From: an uncultured Candidatus Saccharibacteria bacterium
GTDB lineage: Bacteria; Patescibacteriota; Minisyncoccia; Phycocordibacterales; WO2-35-19
Direction of reading: 5' to 3'
DNA length: 64,000 bases
Assembly (NCBI GenBank): GCA_964630525.1
Contig: CAZVUY010000004.1
Location: forward strand, 11,448-75,447
Both the position numbers and the translations under genes were made by a program. Of this stretch, positions 1 through 9,559 are shown piece after piece. The notes beneath the pieces are model-generated. The model did not search any database. It was not told the DNA's origin and was given only the letters and a program-made list of their open reading frames with translations. The stretch's first letter is position 1. Every line of letters starts with the position of its first letter.

Positions 1-199
1 TCTTTCCTATGAAAGATTGGGCAGAGACAATGACGCTATCGCCCAATTTGAAGCGATCCAGAAAACCAATCCGGGCAATCAAGAAGTCGAGCTCATCCTC
101 AGCAATCTCAAAGCCGGTCGTTCTCCATTCAACGACGCCAAACCGCCGATCGACGCTGAACCAGAAAAACGCGCCGAACCTCCAATAGAAGAAAATTAA
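1..199 (+). CDS. C-terminal end of a TPR-like protein (5' truncated by the window edge)
   Basis: GRDNDAIAQFEAIQKTNPGNQEV resembles a TPR helix pair; stop at 197-199. Confidence 0.55.
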   Translation, partial: LSYERLGRDNDAIAQFEAIQKTNPGNQEVELILSNLKAGRSPFNDAKPPIDAEPEKRAEPPIEEN

Positions 200-207
200 T
201 CCAACTG

Positions 208-1836
208 ATGGTAGCTCGCACCATAAGAATGATTACAAGCAAGATAAGCGGCTTGAGGGAAGCCGCTTTCTGGCTTTCGGTTTTTGCTTTATTTTCGCAA
301 ATTCTAGCGCTTTTGAGAGACCGACTTTTGGCCCATTATTTTGGTACTGGTGCGGCTCTCGATGTGTATTATGCCGCCTTCAAGGTACCAGATCTGATTT
401 TTGTGACAGTGGCTTCTTTGGTTTCCGTCTCTGCTCTAGTTCCTCTCTTTGCTAAGAAAGAACAGGAGCCAGGTCGACTCAAAGAAACGGCCGAATCCAT
501 CTTTACTGTTTTTTCGATTGCGATCGTAGCTTTTTGTTTTTTGGCTTGGTTTCTGATGCCCAGCGTTATCAATTTTTTCTTTACCGGACTTTCGGTTGAG
601 GCCAAGGTTGAGACGATTTTTCTCTCCAGACTCCTACTAGCTTCGCCGCTTTTTTTGGGCTTCTCCAATTTCTTTGGCAGCATTGTCCAGTACGAAAAGC
701 GGTTTATTCTTTATTCGATTAGTCCACTTCTTTATAACTTGGGCATTATCGCCGGGGTTGTTTTTTTCACCACTTCTTTAGGAATTACAGGAGTGGTGAT
801 CGGGGTGATGATCGGTGCACTGTTCCACCTCTTGCTCCAAGCGGCTTTTGTTTTGAACTCTGCTATCAAGCCCAAATTTACAACTAAAATCAATTGGTCG
901 GTAGTAAAAGAGACAGCGCTCCTTTCGGTGCCTCGGACTTTCGCTCTATCGATCGTTAGTTTTGTCGGATTTTTTTTCGTCGCTCTGGCCTCAAAAATAT
1001 CTGAAGGTTCGATCGCGGTATTCAATTTGGCATTAAACTTGCAGTCGGTACCGCTCTCTTTGATCGGCGTCAGCTTTAGTTTGGCGGCTTTTCCGGCGCT
1101 GTCGGTATCGGTCGCCAAAAAAGAGACAGATGAAGTGATAGCCAAAATTAGTGACGGTTTGCGTCAGATTATTTTCTGGTCGTTGCCTTTTTCGGCACTC
1201 ATCATTATTCTCCGAGCGCATATTGTGAGGGTTGTTTTGGGTTCTGGTGCTTTTGATTGGTCGGCGACGAGGCTGGTAGCCGCTACTTTGGCAGTCTTTG
1301 TGATCTCTACTGTTTTTCAAAGTGTCCAACTATTTCTTTCACGTAGTCATTATGCTCTTGGTAAAACCAAATGGCCGCTTATCGGCAATCTTTTGGGAGG
1401 CTTGGTGTCTGTGGTGACGGCGCTTATTATCTTTTATCAACCAGAGGCTTTTTCTTTCTGGTTTGATTGGCTCGCTTGGGCGCTCAATGTCTCAGATTTG
1501 TCTTCAAAAATACTTTTCTTGCCACTTGCGTATTCTCTTGGCGCTTTGGTGAGTGCGGTCGTGCTTTTTCTGGCTCTCGATGGACATCTTGTTGGCCATG
1601 TTTGGCGGGCCATTCGGTCTTCTGTGTTGATTGGTATTTTCACCGCCTTGATAGCAGCTTTGGTAGCCTATGCCAGTCTGCAGCTGACGGCTCAATTGTT
1701 TAACCTCAACACCTTTTTTGGGGTTTTGGGTCACGGTGCTTTGGCCGGACTGTCGGGGATTGCTTTTGGAGTAGCTTTTCTTGTAGTATCTAAAAATAAG
1801 GAAATGAAAGAATTAACAGACCGATTTTATAAATGA
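208..1836 (+). CDS. murJ: Lipid II flippase MurJ (MviN)
   Basis: LLRDRLLAHYFG..DVYYAAFKVPD motif; many TM segments; 542 aa. Confidence 0.92.
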   Translation: MVARTIRMITSKISGLREAAFWLSVFALFSQILALLRDRLLAHYFGTGAALDVYYAAFKVPDLIFVTVASLVSVSALVPLFAKKEQEPGRLKETAESIFTVFSIAIVAFCFLAWFLMPSVINFFFTGLSVEAKVETIFLSRLLLASPLFLGFSNFFGSIVQYEKRFILYSISPLLYNLGIIAGVVFFTTSLGITGVVIGVMIGALFHLLLQAAFVLNSAIKPKFTTKINWSVVKETALLSVPRTFALSIVSFVGFFFVALASKISEGSIAVFNLALNLQSVPLSLIGVSFSLAAFPALSVSVAKKETDEVIAKISDGLRQIIFWSLPFSALIIILRAHIVRVVLGSGAFDWSATRLVAATLAVFVISTVFQSVQLFLSRSHYALGKTKWPLIGNLLGGLVSVVTALIIFYQPEAFSFWFDWLAWALNVSDLSSKILFLPLAYSLGALVSAVVLFLALDGHLVGHVWRAIRSSVLIGIFTALIAALVAYASLQLTAQLFNLNTFFGVLGHGALAGLSGIAFGVAFLVVSKNKEMKELTDRFYK

Positions 1837-3692
1837 AGAATATACGTAATTTCAGTATCATAGCCCATATTGATCACGGCAAATCTACTCTAGCTGACCG
1901 GATGCTCGAGATTACTGGCACGATCGAAAAGCGCAAAATGCAAGATCAGGTGCTCGATTCGATGGAGCTTGAGCGAGAGCGAGGGATCACGATCAAGATG
2001 CAACCTGTTAGGATGATATATCATCCTAACAGATTAGAGCTTAGAGCTGAAAGCTTAGAGGATTCAAAACTAAAAGCTCCAAGCTCTCAGCTCCAAGCTT
2101 CTTATGTTTTGAATCTGATCGATACTCCCGGCCACATCGATTTTTCTTATGAAGTTTCAAGGGCTCTAAAAGCGGTGGAAGGATCTATTTTGTTGGTCGA
2201 CTCGACCCAAGGAGTCCAGGCTCAAACTCTGACCACTCTCAACATGGCTCGCGAGCTCGGCCTTACCATTATCCCTGTTCTTAGCAAAATCGATTCTCCT
2301 TTGGCTCGAGTGGAAGAGGTGAAGCAGGAAGTAGTCAAGCTCTTGGGTTGTTACCCAGAGGAGATTTTGGAAGTATCGGGCAAAACAGGCGAAGGGGTCG
2401 CCAATCTACTGTCCAAAATTGTAACCCTTATTCCGTCCCCCAAAGAGGATGCTGGGCAATCATTCCGTTCTTTGATTTTTGATTTCAAATATTCGACTCA
2501 TCGAGGAGTGATTGTTTTCGTCCGAGTGATGAGTGGCGAAGTTTCGCGCAACACCCCGCTAGTTTTCAAGGTAGCTGGTGAAAAATTTAATTCTATTGAA
2601 GTAGGCATTTTTTCTCCGACCGAAGTGGCGACGGAAAAACTTGGGGCAGGGGAGATTGGTTATATTGTTACCGGGATCAAAGAGCCAGGCATTGCTTCGG
2701 TGGGAGACACTGTTACTCTTTTGAATGATACCCAACCTCCGCTCCCTGGCTACATGTCACCAAAACCGGTGGTCTGGGCCTCGATCTACCCGGAAAGCCA
2801 GGATGATTTTGTTTTGTTAAAACAATCTTTGAGCAAGCTCAAACTTTCCGACTCTTCTTATTCTTATGAAGAAGAATCTTCGGGGGCGCTTGGGCGCGGT
2901 TTTCGTTGCGGCTTTTTGGGGATGCTTCATTTGGAGATTGTGACCGAGCGACTCAAAAGAGAGTTTGGGTTGGAGCTCGTGGTGACGATGCCGACCATCA
3001 CTTATGAAGTGGTTTATAAAGGTGGTCCAAAAAATGGCAAAAAAGAAATGATTTATTCGCCAGCCAATTTCCCCGACGATGGTACTATTTCCGAAGTCCA
3101 TGAACCTTGGACTGTCGTCACCATCATCACACCAAGTGCGTATTTGGGTACCCTGATGCCTCTTTTGTATGAACACGAAGCTTTGTTGGGTGATTCCGAA
3201 AACTTTGGTGATGATAAAACCCGTTTGTATATAGAAATGCCGCTTCGGGAATTGATGCGCAATTTTTTCGATAAAATAAAAAGTGCTTCTTCTGGCTTTG
3301 CTTCCATTTCTTATGAGATCAAAGATATGCGACCAGCCGAAGTGACCAGGCTCGATATTTTGGTGGCCGATGAAGTCCAACCGGCTTTTTCGAGAGTGGT
3401 TTCCAAACGGGTGGTAGAAAGTGAGGCCGAAGCGGCTGTCGAGAAGCTCGCCAACATTATCCCACGCCAAATGTTTGCCATGAAAGTGCAAGGCAAGGCA
3501 CTCGGGCGAATTATTTCTTCTCGTTCGATTTCTGCCTTTAGAAAAGATGTGACCCAACACATGTACGGCGGTGATATTACGCGCAAAATGAAGTTGCGAG
3601 AGAAGCAAAAGAAAGGGAAGAAGAAGATGAAAGAGCGCGGCAACATCAACATCCCGCACGATGTCTTTTTGAAAATGATGCGGTCTGATTAG
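1833..3692 (+). CDS. lepA: Elongation factor 4 (LepA) with a ~20-aa repeat-derived insertion
   Basis: IRNFSIIAHIDHGKSTLADR, LIDTPGH, GFRCGFLGMLHLEI, C-terminal YGGDITRKMKL. Confidence 0.98.
   Translation: MKNIRNFSIIAHIDHGKSTLADRMLEITGTIEKRKMQDQVLDSMELERERGITIKMQPVRMIYHPNRLELRAESLEDSKLKAPSSQLQASYVLNLIDTPGHIDFSYEVSRALKAVEGSILLVDSTQGVQAQTLTTLNMARELGLTIIPVLSKIDSPLARVEEVKQEVVKLLGCYPEEILEVSGKTGEGVANLLSKIVTLIPSPKEDAGQSFRSLIFDFKYSTHRGVIVFVRVMSGEVSRNTPLVFKVAGEKFNSIEVGIFSPTEVATEKLGAGEIGYIVTGIKEPGIASVGDTVTLLNDTQPPLPGYMSPKPVVWASIYPESQDDFVLLKQSLSKLKLSDSSYSYEEESSGALGRGFRCGFLGMLHLEIVTERLKREFGLELVVTMPTITYEVVYKGGPKNGKKEMIYSPANFPDDGTISEVHEPWTVVTIITPSAYLGTLMPLLYEHEALLGDSENFGDDKTRLYIEMPLRELMRNFFDKIKSASSGFASISYEIKDMRPAEVTRLDILVADEVQPAFSRVVSKRVVESEAEAAVEKLANIIPRQMFAMKVQGKALGRIISSRSISAFRKDVTQHMYGGDITRKMKLREKQKKGKKKMKERGNINIPHDVFLKMMRSD
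2005..2099. repeat. 28-bp perfect palindrome plus inverted heptamer arrays inside lepA
   Basis: ctgttaggatgata|tatcatcctaacag (2005-2032); agattag-agcttag-agctgaa-agcttag (2031-2058) versus ctaaaag-ctccaag-ctctcag-ctccaag (2070-2097). Confidence 0.85.
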
Positions 3693-3865
3693 AGAGGGGA
3701 GCTATTTTGTGTGAGCTTCACTAAAAAGGCAGGTAGCTCAATATCAAGCCTAAAATTACGATGATCGAAATAAAAATCGATAGAACTCTTGTTATTTTGC
3801 GTACTTTTGGATCCCAGAGCATTTGGCGTATTTAAGAATTAAGTATTAAAATATTAGCATCAAGT

Positions 3866-4243
3866 ATGCGTGGCGTAAAGACAAAGACAGCGGGCCGCTG
3901 GAAGAGGGTGGTGATCTCCCTCACTTTGTTTTTCGTCTTGGCTATTTTCCTCAACGCGGTCAACAACGTCTATCAAAAGAAAAAGAGTGCCGAGGCTCTT
4001 TTGGTGCGGATGGAGAATGAGGTCCAGGAGCTCAAAGAGCGCGAATCTTTTCTTTCAAGCTCGCTCTCTCGGCTTCAGACGGTCGAAGGTATCAAGTTTG
4101 AAATTCGCCGCAAGCTCAATGTGGCTGAAGCGGGGGAGAGTGTGGCGATCATCGTTGCCCAAGAAGAAACCGATCGCGCCAACCCTTCCGATCTCTCTGC
4201 TTGGCAAAAAATCAAACTCTTTTTCACCAAACTTTTTGAATAA
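3866..4243 (+). CDS. Septum formation initiator (FtsB/DivIC-like) protein
   Basis: One N-terminal TM segment, a coiled coil, and EIRRKLNVAEAGE resembling the FtsB 'R..L....GE' motif. Confidence 0.7.
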   Translation: MRGVKTKTAGRWKRVVISLTLFFVLAIFLNAVNNVYQKKKSAEALLVRMENEVQELKERESFLSSSLSRLQTVEGIKFEIRRKLNVAEAGESVAIIVAQEETDRANPSDLSAWQKIKLFFTKLFE

Positions 4244-4245
4244 GA

Positions 4246-4271
4246 AAAGCGCCCTCTTGCGAGAGCGCTTT
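4246..4271. terminator. Hairpin, probable intrinsic terminator
   Basis: aaaagcgccctc-ttgc-gagagcgcttt just after the 3866-4243 stop. Confidence 0.55.
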
Positions 4272-4568
4272 GCCGAGCTTTGCGACTTACTGTTCACCGC
4301 AACCTTTCTTTCTAGTGGTTACCCGGTGCGCATCATCGCTCGGTGTTGGTGCATTTTGTTTCTAGTGGGAATAGCACCTTTCTCCCGGGCCGTTTTCCTT
4401 TCAACACCTTTCGCTGTTAAAAGAAGAAGTCTTGCCATGTCGAGTACTGACTAGTTAATTGATAGTACTCTTCGACTCCCGGTTTTTTTAAGGTCTACCA
4501 CGGACCGCTTTTTTGCTGAGGGTTGGGCTCCCTCCGCATTCTAAACTTCATCTGGCCTCCTGTCTAGA

Positions 4569-4596
4569 ATTGTATCATATATAAAAATATTGTCAA
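4569..4596 (-). promoter_or_regulatory. Sigma70-type promoter
   Basis: Minus strand TTGACA-N16-TACAAT, followed by AGGAGG and ATG at 4551. Confidence 0.6.
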
Positions 4597-4644
4597 GTAT
4601 AAAAAGTGAATTCTCAAAATATGTTGAAGAATAAGGGTTTATTG

Positions 4645-4715
4645 TGCGGGTAGGGGGAATCGAACCCCCGTCTCAACCTTGGGAAGGTCGCATCATACCA
4701 CTAAACTATACCCGC
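4645..4715 (-). tRNA. tRNA-Gly(CCC)
   Basis: Minus strand GCGGGTA..TAGTGGTA..CGACC-TTCCCAA-GGTTG..GGTTCGATTCC..TACCCGC-A folds as a cloverleaf; no encoded CCA. Confidence 0.95.
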
Positions 4716-4765
4716 TTTTTGTTTTTCACTTCAATATTATCACATCCTCATTATTTACTGTTACC

Positions 4766-4799
4766 AACCCCTAGTTGACCGATCGGTCAACTAGGGGTT
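4766..4799. repeat. 34-bp perfect palindrome (left flank of the PaaX/Cas2-like gene)
   Basis: aacccctagttgaccga|tcggtcaactaggggtt. Confidence 0.95.
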
Positions 4800-4819
4800 A
4801 AAATGAAAAATAAAAAGTT

Positions 4820-5428
4820 ATGAGTAAAGTAGTGGATAAAATAGAAAGAGCGAAAAAATTTATAAGAGATGAAAGAACTTTGGAAATTTTGGAAGCCATT
4901 GCGAAATTGGGAACCATAGCTTTTCTTGCTACTGTTGCGCCAAATGCTGCCGGTCATATTATTAAACTTTTGGGATGGGTACCAGATTATCGCAGCAGGT
5001 ACAGGGTTCAAAGGATCTTAAAATCTTTAGAGAAGCAAAAATTTATCAGATTTTGGATCAAAAATGGAAAAGGTAAACTTGAATTGACCCGCGAAGGAAA
5101 ACTTTATTTTGCTGGATTGAAAGTGAAGCACATCAAACTTCAGACTAAACCAAAATGGGACAAGTTGTGGAGAATAGTAACATTTGATATTCCCGAAGAG
5201 TTAAAAGCCAATAGGAGACGTTTCAGCAGGACTCTCCTTGCAAAAGGTATGTTCAGTCTAGAAAGATCTATCTTCGTCTATCCGCACGAATGTAAGGAAG
5301 AAATATACAAAATTGCTCGCTTGTATGAAGTGGATGATTATATCTGTTATATTACAGCAAGTGCAGTAGTACCTGATTCAAAGTTGAAGTCTGCATTTCC
5401 TTACACTAACTTATCCGCCCCTAAGTGA
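4820..5428 (+). CDS. PaaX-like protein (wHTH plus Cas2-like ferredoxin-fold domain)
   Basis: LELTREGK..KWDKLWRIVTFDIPEE..RRRF..LERSIFVYPH pattern of the PaaX central/Cas2-like domain. Confidence 0.75.
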   Translation: MSKVVDKIERAKKFIRDERTLEILEAIAKLGTIAFLATVAPNAAGHIIKLLGWVPDYRSRYRVQRILKSLEKQKFIRFWIKNGKGKLELTREGKLYFAGLKVKHIKLQTKPKWDKLWRIVTFDIPEELKANRRRFSRTLLAKGMFSLERSIFVYPHECKEEIYKIARLYEVDDYICYITASAVVPDSKLKSAFPYTNLSAPK

Positions 5429-5447
5429 CCGATCGGTCACTTAGGGG
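5418..5447. repeat. 30-bp perfect palindrome (right flank, contains the stop codon)
   Basis: cccctaagtgaccga|tcggtcacttagggg. Confidence 0.95.
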
Positions 5448-5536
5448 TTACAGACGACAGGCAAAGCAAATTTTAAATTCTTTTTAAATTATTTAGTAAA
5501 TTATTTTAGGAGTAAATTATTTCAGATTACAGAGGA

Positions 5537-6934
5537 TCAAATCAGAGAGGAAAGTTTGCGGCGAATCAGGCTCTGACCATCTTTGTCTTCCAAAATATAA
5601 CCTTCTTTTTCTATTTCTTCCCGCAAACGATCGCTTTTCTCCCAATCTTTTTCTGTTCTGGCTAGGTTACGTTCATTTTGAAGCTCTTTGATTTCTTCCG
5701 GTATCAAACCAAACATTTTTTCAGCCAAATTTTTAAGACCAAGACCGAAAACACGATCCATTGTATCGATTGCTTTTTTTGATTTGGCCTCTTGCAGGAG
5801 GGCGATGGTGATCGGGGTATTGAGGTCGTCGCTGATCGCAGTTTCAAATTTGGCGATCAATGACTCATCGCTCTCGTGGTCTGTTGGCAATCCGGGGTAG
5901 CCACTGATTATTTTTTCGAAAGCATTTTGGGCTCCTTGGACACTCTCCCAGGTGAAATTGGCATGAGTCTTGTAGTGTGAAGTGAGCAGCCAGTAGCGAA
6001 AGGAGAGTGGGTGGATCAAGTGCGACTTGAAATCACTGAGATAAATCACTGTTCCAGTTGATTTGGCTATTTTCTGGTCATCAATCTTGAGATGGGCCCG
6101 ATGAAGCCAAAATTTGGCAAACGGCTTTTTGCCGGTCGCTGATTCGGATTGGGCGATCTCGTTGTTGTGATGTACTGGTATGTGTTCGATGCCACCGGTG
6201 TGAATGTCGATTTGTTCTCCAAGAATCTTTACGATCATCGCCGAGCACTCTATATGCCAACCGGGGAAGCCTAGACCCCAAGGTGATGACCAGCCGATTT
6301 TTTCGTCTTTTTTCCAGAGGACAAAGTCGGTCGGGTTTCTTTTTTCACTTTTTTCGACCCGGGCTCCTTCGGTGAGGCCCGCGAGATTGATATTGCCTAG
6401 TTTGCCGTAGTCGGGAAATTTGCTGGTATCGAAATAAACTCCTTTTTCACCAACGTAGGCAAATTCTTTTTCGACCAAAGTTTCGATCATTTTGATCTGG
6501 TCGGGAATATAGTCGGAAGCATAAGGAAAGGTGATTTCGTTGGTGTTGATGTTTAGATTATCTAGGTCCGAGATAAACAATTTGGCGTATTTCTCAGCCA
6601 GTTGACGCATGTTCTCCAGGGTGAGCGCCATCCCTTCACGCTTCAAGCCTTTGGTCATCCGGTCTTCGCCTTGGTCGGCATCGCCCTCGTTGTCGCCGGA
6701 GAGGTGACCAAAATCGGTGAAGTTTATCACTTGTTTTACTTCGAACCCAGCATACTCCAGAGTTTTTCTTAGTACGTTGGTGAACACATACATAGAGAGA
6801 TTGCCGATATGTTGCGGCCCATAAACGGTTGGACCACAGTTGTACATCTTTACCGTGTTTGGTGTAAGTGGTGAAAAAACCTCTTTTTGGTTGGAGAGGG
6901 TATTTTGTAGGCTAATCTTCATCTTTATATCCAT
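5537..6934 (-). CDS. cysS: Cysteine--tRNA ligase
   Basis: MYNCGPTVY, HIGN, DFVLWK, PGWHIECSAM; KMSKS variant KIAKS. Confidence 0.97.
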   Translation of the reverse strand: MDIKMKISLQNTLSNQKEVFSPLTPNTVKMYNCGPTVYGPQHIGNLSMYVFTNVLRKTLEYAGFEVKQVINFTDFGHLSGDNEGDADQGEDRMTKGLKREGMALTLENMRQLAEKYAKLFISDLDNLNINTNEITFPYASDYIPDQIKMIETLVEKEFAYVGEKGVYFDTSKFPDYGKLGNINLAGLTEGARVEKSEKRNPTDFVLWKKDEKIGWSSPWGLGFPGWHIECSAMIVKILGEQIDIHTGGIEHIPVHHNNEIAQSESATGKKPFAKFWLHRAHLKIDDQKIAKSTGTVIYLSDFKSHLIHPLSFRYWLLTSHYKTHANFTWESVQGAQNAFEKIISGYPGLPTDHESDESLIAKFETAISDDLNTPITIALLQEAKSKKAIDTMDRVFGLGLKNLAEKMFGLIPEEIKELQNERNLARTEKDWEKSDRLREEIEKEGYILEDKDGQSLIRRKLSSLI

Positions 6935-7827
6935 TTTTTAAATCTAGCATAAATGAGCGAAGAGAACATGGCGATGAACATCAAGCCTAGAATAATCCAA
7001 AAAGCATAAGGATTGCTCTTGAGTGGGAAATATAAGACACTTAGCCCAAAAATTTGACCAATAATAGAGATAGGGAGAACAATCGACCCGATCACTGTCA
7101 ACTGTTTGGTAGTGTCATTTTGTTTGGTGGAAAGAATCGAGTCATTTGTTGCTCGGAGTTCGCTTACCGTATCGCTCAGGTTGGTCAGCTCGTCTGTCAT
7201 CCTTTGCCAATCTTCAATCAAAGAATCAACTTCTTTCTTAAAGCCAACATCAAATGTATCACCAGCCTCTCCCTTGATTGATAGCAAGACCAACTCATGA
7301 GATCTGATAATTCTTTTGAAATTTAAAATGTTGCGGGATATTAGTGAAATGGTGAAGACCATTGCTTTCTCGTGGCCGGCAAAAATTTTTATTTCAGTTT
7401 CTTTGAGCCAGTCTCTCAAATATTCGATCTCATCAAATAGGAAGCCATAGATTACTTTCATTAGTCCAAAAAAGAGGTGAGATTTTTCGTTTTTCCTCAA
7501 AATCTCGTTGACTTCTATTTGTTTGGCGAAGTGGTGCAGCGCATCGATGCTGTCATAACGGGTGGTGAATAGACTGTCCTTGGTAATTATAAAGTCGATT
7601 TCTTGCTTCGGGTCTTCGTTGTGGTTGTGTCGGAAAAAAGGGATATGGAGCACCGCATAGATACCTTGATCAAAGACGCGAGCATGTTGCTTGGGGGTGG
7701 GGGTCAGGAGATCTTTGACCACCAACGGGTCGAGTTTGTGATCAATGACCAAAAGATCGAGCTCATTCTTACTCGGCGAGCTTATGTCTACCCAAGTCTG
7801 GTCTTTGAATTGTCTATTGGTGATCAT
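6925..7827 (-). CDS. CorA-family divalent cation transporter
   Basis: TWVDISSPS, soluble funnel domain, two C-terminal TM segments; GMN motif degenerate (FGLS). Confidence 0.82.
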   Translation of the reverse strand: MITNRQFKDQTWVDISSPSKNELDLLVIDHKLDPLVVKDLLTPTPKQHARVFDQGIYAVLHIPFFRHNHNEDPKQEIDFIITKDSLFTTRYDSIDALHHFAKQIEVNEILRKNEKSHLFFGLMKVIYGFLFDEIEYLRDWLKETEIKIFAGHEKAMVFTISLISRNILNFKRIIRSHELVLLSIKGEAGDTFDVGFKKEVDSLIEDWQRMTDELTNLSDTVSELRATNDSILSTKQNDTTKQLTVIGSIVLPISIIGQIFGLSVLYFPLKSNPYAFWIILGLMFIAMFSSLIYARFKKWI

Positions 7828-7888
7828 CGGGGAAAGTTTGGTGGAAAATTTTTAATAAAATTCCGATTATGATATATTGTATCAGAAA

Positions 7889-9103
7889 ATGAACACCGAA
7901 AGATATACTCAAGTCTGGATTTCTTTGTTTATAATTATTCTCGTCTTTACGGCTGGTTTTTATGCCGGCAAAAAGGACTCGGTAGATCTCGGCTCACTGC
8001 AGGTTTTGAACGCCACCACGACCGACAGTGTCGACCTCGAGCCTTTTTGGAAAGCTTGGTCGGTGCTGGAAGAAAGGTTTTCACCAGCTTCTTCGACCAC
8101 TCCGAAGGTGGCCAATCAAGATAAGATTTGGGGTGCGATCCAAGGTCTCGCCGCTTCCTACAATGATCCTTATACCGTCTTTTTCCCGCCAGTTGAATCT
8201 AAAGTGTTTGAAGAAGAGATCAGTGGCAGCTTTGGTGGGGTAGGTATGGAGATTGGTCTGACCGATGGGGTGCTGACCGTGATCGCTCCCCTCAAGGGTA
8301 CCCCAGCCTATCGGGCTGGCGTACTTTCGGGTGATAAAATTGTAGCCATCGATGACAAACCAGCTCTCAAGATGAGTACCGATGAGGCCATTAAGTTGAT
8401 TCGTGGCGAGATTGGTACAAAAGTTTCCATTACTTTTATTCGCGACGGAGTGGATGAGCCGATCATTAAAACTATCGAAAGAGATGCGATCGAGATACCG
8501 ACAGTCAGCACCAAATTGTTGCCAGAGAATGTGTTTTTGATCGAGCTCTATAATTTTTCAGCCACTTCACCGAGTCTTTTCCGGTCCGGCTTGCGTGAGT
8601 TTGTCGAGTCCGGGACTGACAAACTCATTATCGATCTACGCAACAATCCAGGCGGCTACCTCGAGGCGGCTCTTGATATGGCAAGTTGGTTTTTGCCGAC
8701 CGGCAAAGTGGTAGTGACTGAAGATTTTGGTAATGCCGAAGAAGACCGGGTTTATCGTAGCAAAGGCTATGATATTTTTACCGACCAGCTCAAATTGGTG
8801 ATCTTGGTGAACGAAGGCTCGGCTTCTGCCTCGGAAATTTTGGCTGGTGCTCTACGAGAACATGGCAAGGCCACCCTGATCGGCGAGAATACTTTCGGCA
8901 AAGGTTCGGTCCAGGAGCTTTTGCCGATCACGAACGATACTTCTTTAAAAATTACGGTCGCCCATTGGTTTACTCCGCTTGGCAATTCTATTTCTGATGG
9001 CGGTTTGGCCCCGGATATCGAAGTCGAGCTTACTCCAGAGAACACCAAAAATGGTGCCGATCCGCAGCTAGAGAGAGCAGTAAAATATTTGTTAGAGAAA
9101 TAA
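7889..9103 (+). CDS. S41 family C-terminal processing peptidase (CtpA/Prc) with PDZ domain
   Basis: DPYTVF, IDLRNNPGG, SASASEI, TFGKGSVQ. Confidence 0.95.
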   Translation: MNTERYTQVWISLFIIILVFTAGFYAGKKDSVDLGSLQVLNATTTDSVDLEPFWKAWSVLEERFSPASSTTPKVANQDKIWGAIQGLAASYNDPYTVFFPPVESKVFEEEISGSFGGVGMEIGLTDGVLTVIAPLKGTPAYRAGVLSGDKIVAIDDKPALKMSTDEAIKLIRGEIGTKVSITFIRDGVDEPIIKTIERDAIEIPTVSTKLLPENVFLIELYNFSATSPSLFRSGLREFVESGTDKLIIDLRNNPGGYLEAALDMASWFLPTGKVVVTEDFGNAEEDRVYRSKGYDIFTDQLKLVILVNEGSASASEILAGALREHGKATLIGENTFGKGSVQELLPITNDTSLKITVAHWFTPLGNSISDGGLAPDIEVELTPENTKNGADPQLERAVKYLLEK

Positions 9104-9112
9104 TATCAAAAT

Positions 9113-9559
9113 ATGAAAGTGATTTTAAAACATGATGTGAAAGGAGTGGGGCGGAAATACGAGATCAAAGAGGTTTCCGATGGTTATGCCAACAATTTTT
9201 TACTACCTCAAAAGTTGGCCGAGTTTGCTACCAAGGAAGCGGTCCGCAAGGCTGAGATTTTGCACTCAGCAACTTTGGCAGAAATGAAAATCCAAGATGA
9301 TCTGGCTCAAAAACAGATCGCTGTTTTAAAAGAAACAAAGATTGTTTTAAAAAAGAAAGCCAACGAAAAGGGTCATCTATTTGAACAGGTACATGCGAAT
9401 GAGATCGCTGAGGCACTTAAAAATCAGGCGAAAATAGTTTTAGATCAGAGCCACTTGGTTATTGATAAACCAATCAAGGAAGTGGGGGAGCACGAAGTGA
9501 CTGTTCGGCTTGGTAAAAAAGAAGGCAACTTTAAGCTCTTGGTTGAAACGGAGAGCTAA
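9113..9559 (+). CDS. rplI: 50S ribosomal protein L9
   Basis: [26 protein letters not shown]. Confidence 0.97.
   Translation: MKVILKHDVKGVGRKYEIKEVSDGYANNFLLPQKLAEFATKEAVRKAEILHSATLAEMKIQDDLAQKQIAVLKETKIVLKKKANEKGHLFEQVHANEIAEALKNQAKIVLDQSHLVIDKPIKEVGEHEVTVRLGKKEGNFKLLVETES

Noticed and set aside
2817-3659. 280-aa antisense ORF in lepA, and similar shadow ORFs over rpoB, rpoC, dacA and murJ
   Set aside because: They lie opposite or within well-supported genes and show no recognisable motifs.
4820-5428. Calling this gene a true CRISPR cas2
   Set aside because: It has an N-terminal wHTH region, is about twice the usual Cas2 length, and has no cas1 or array nearby.
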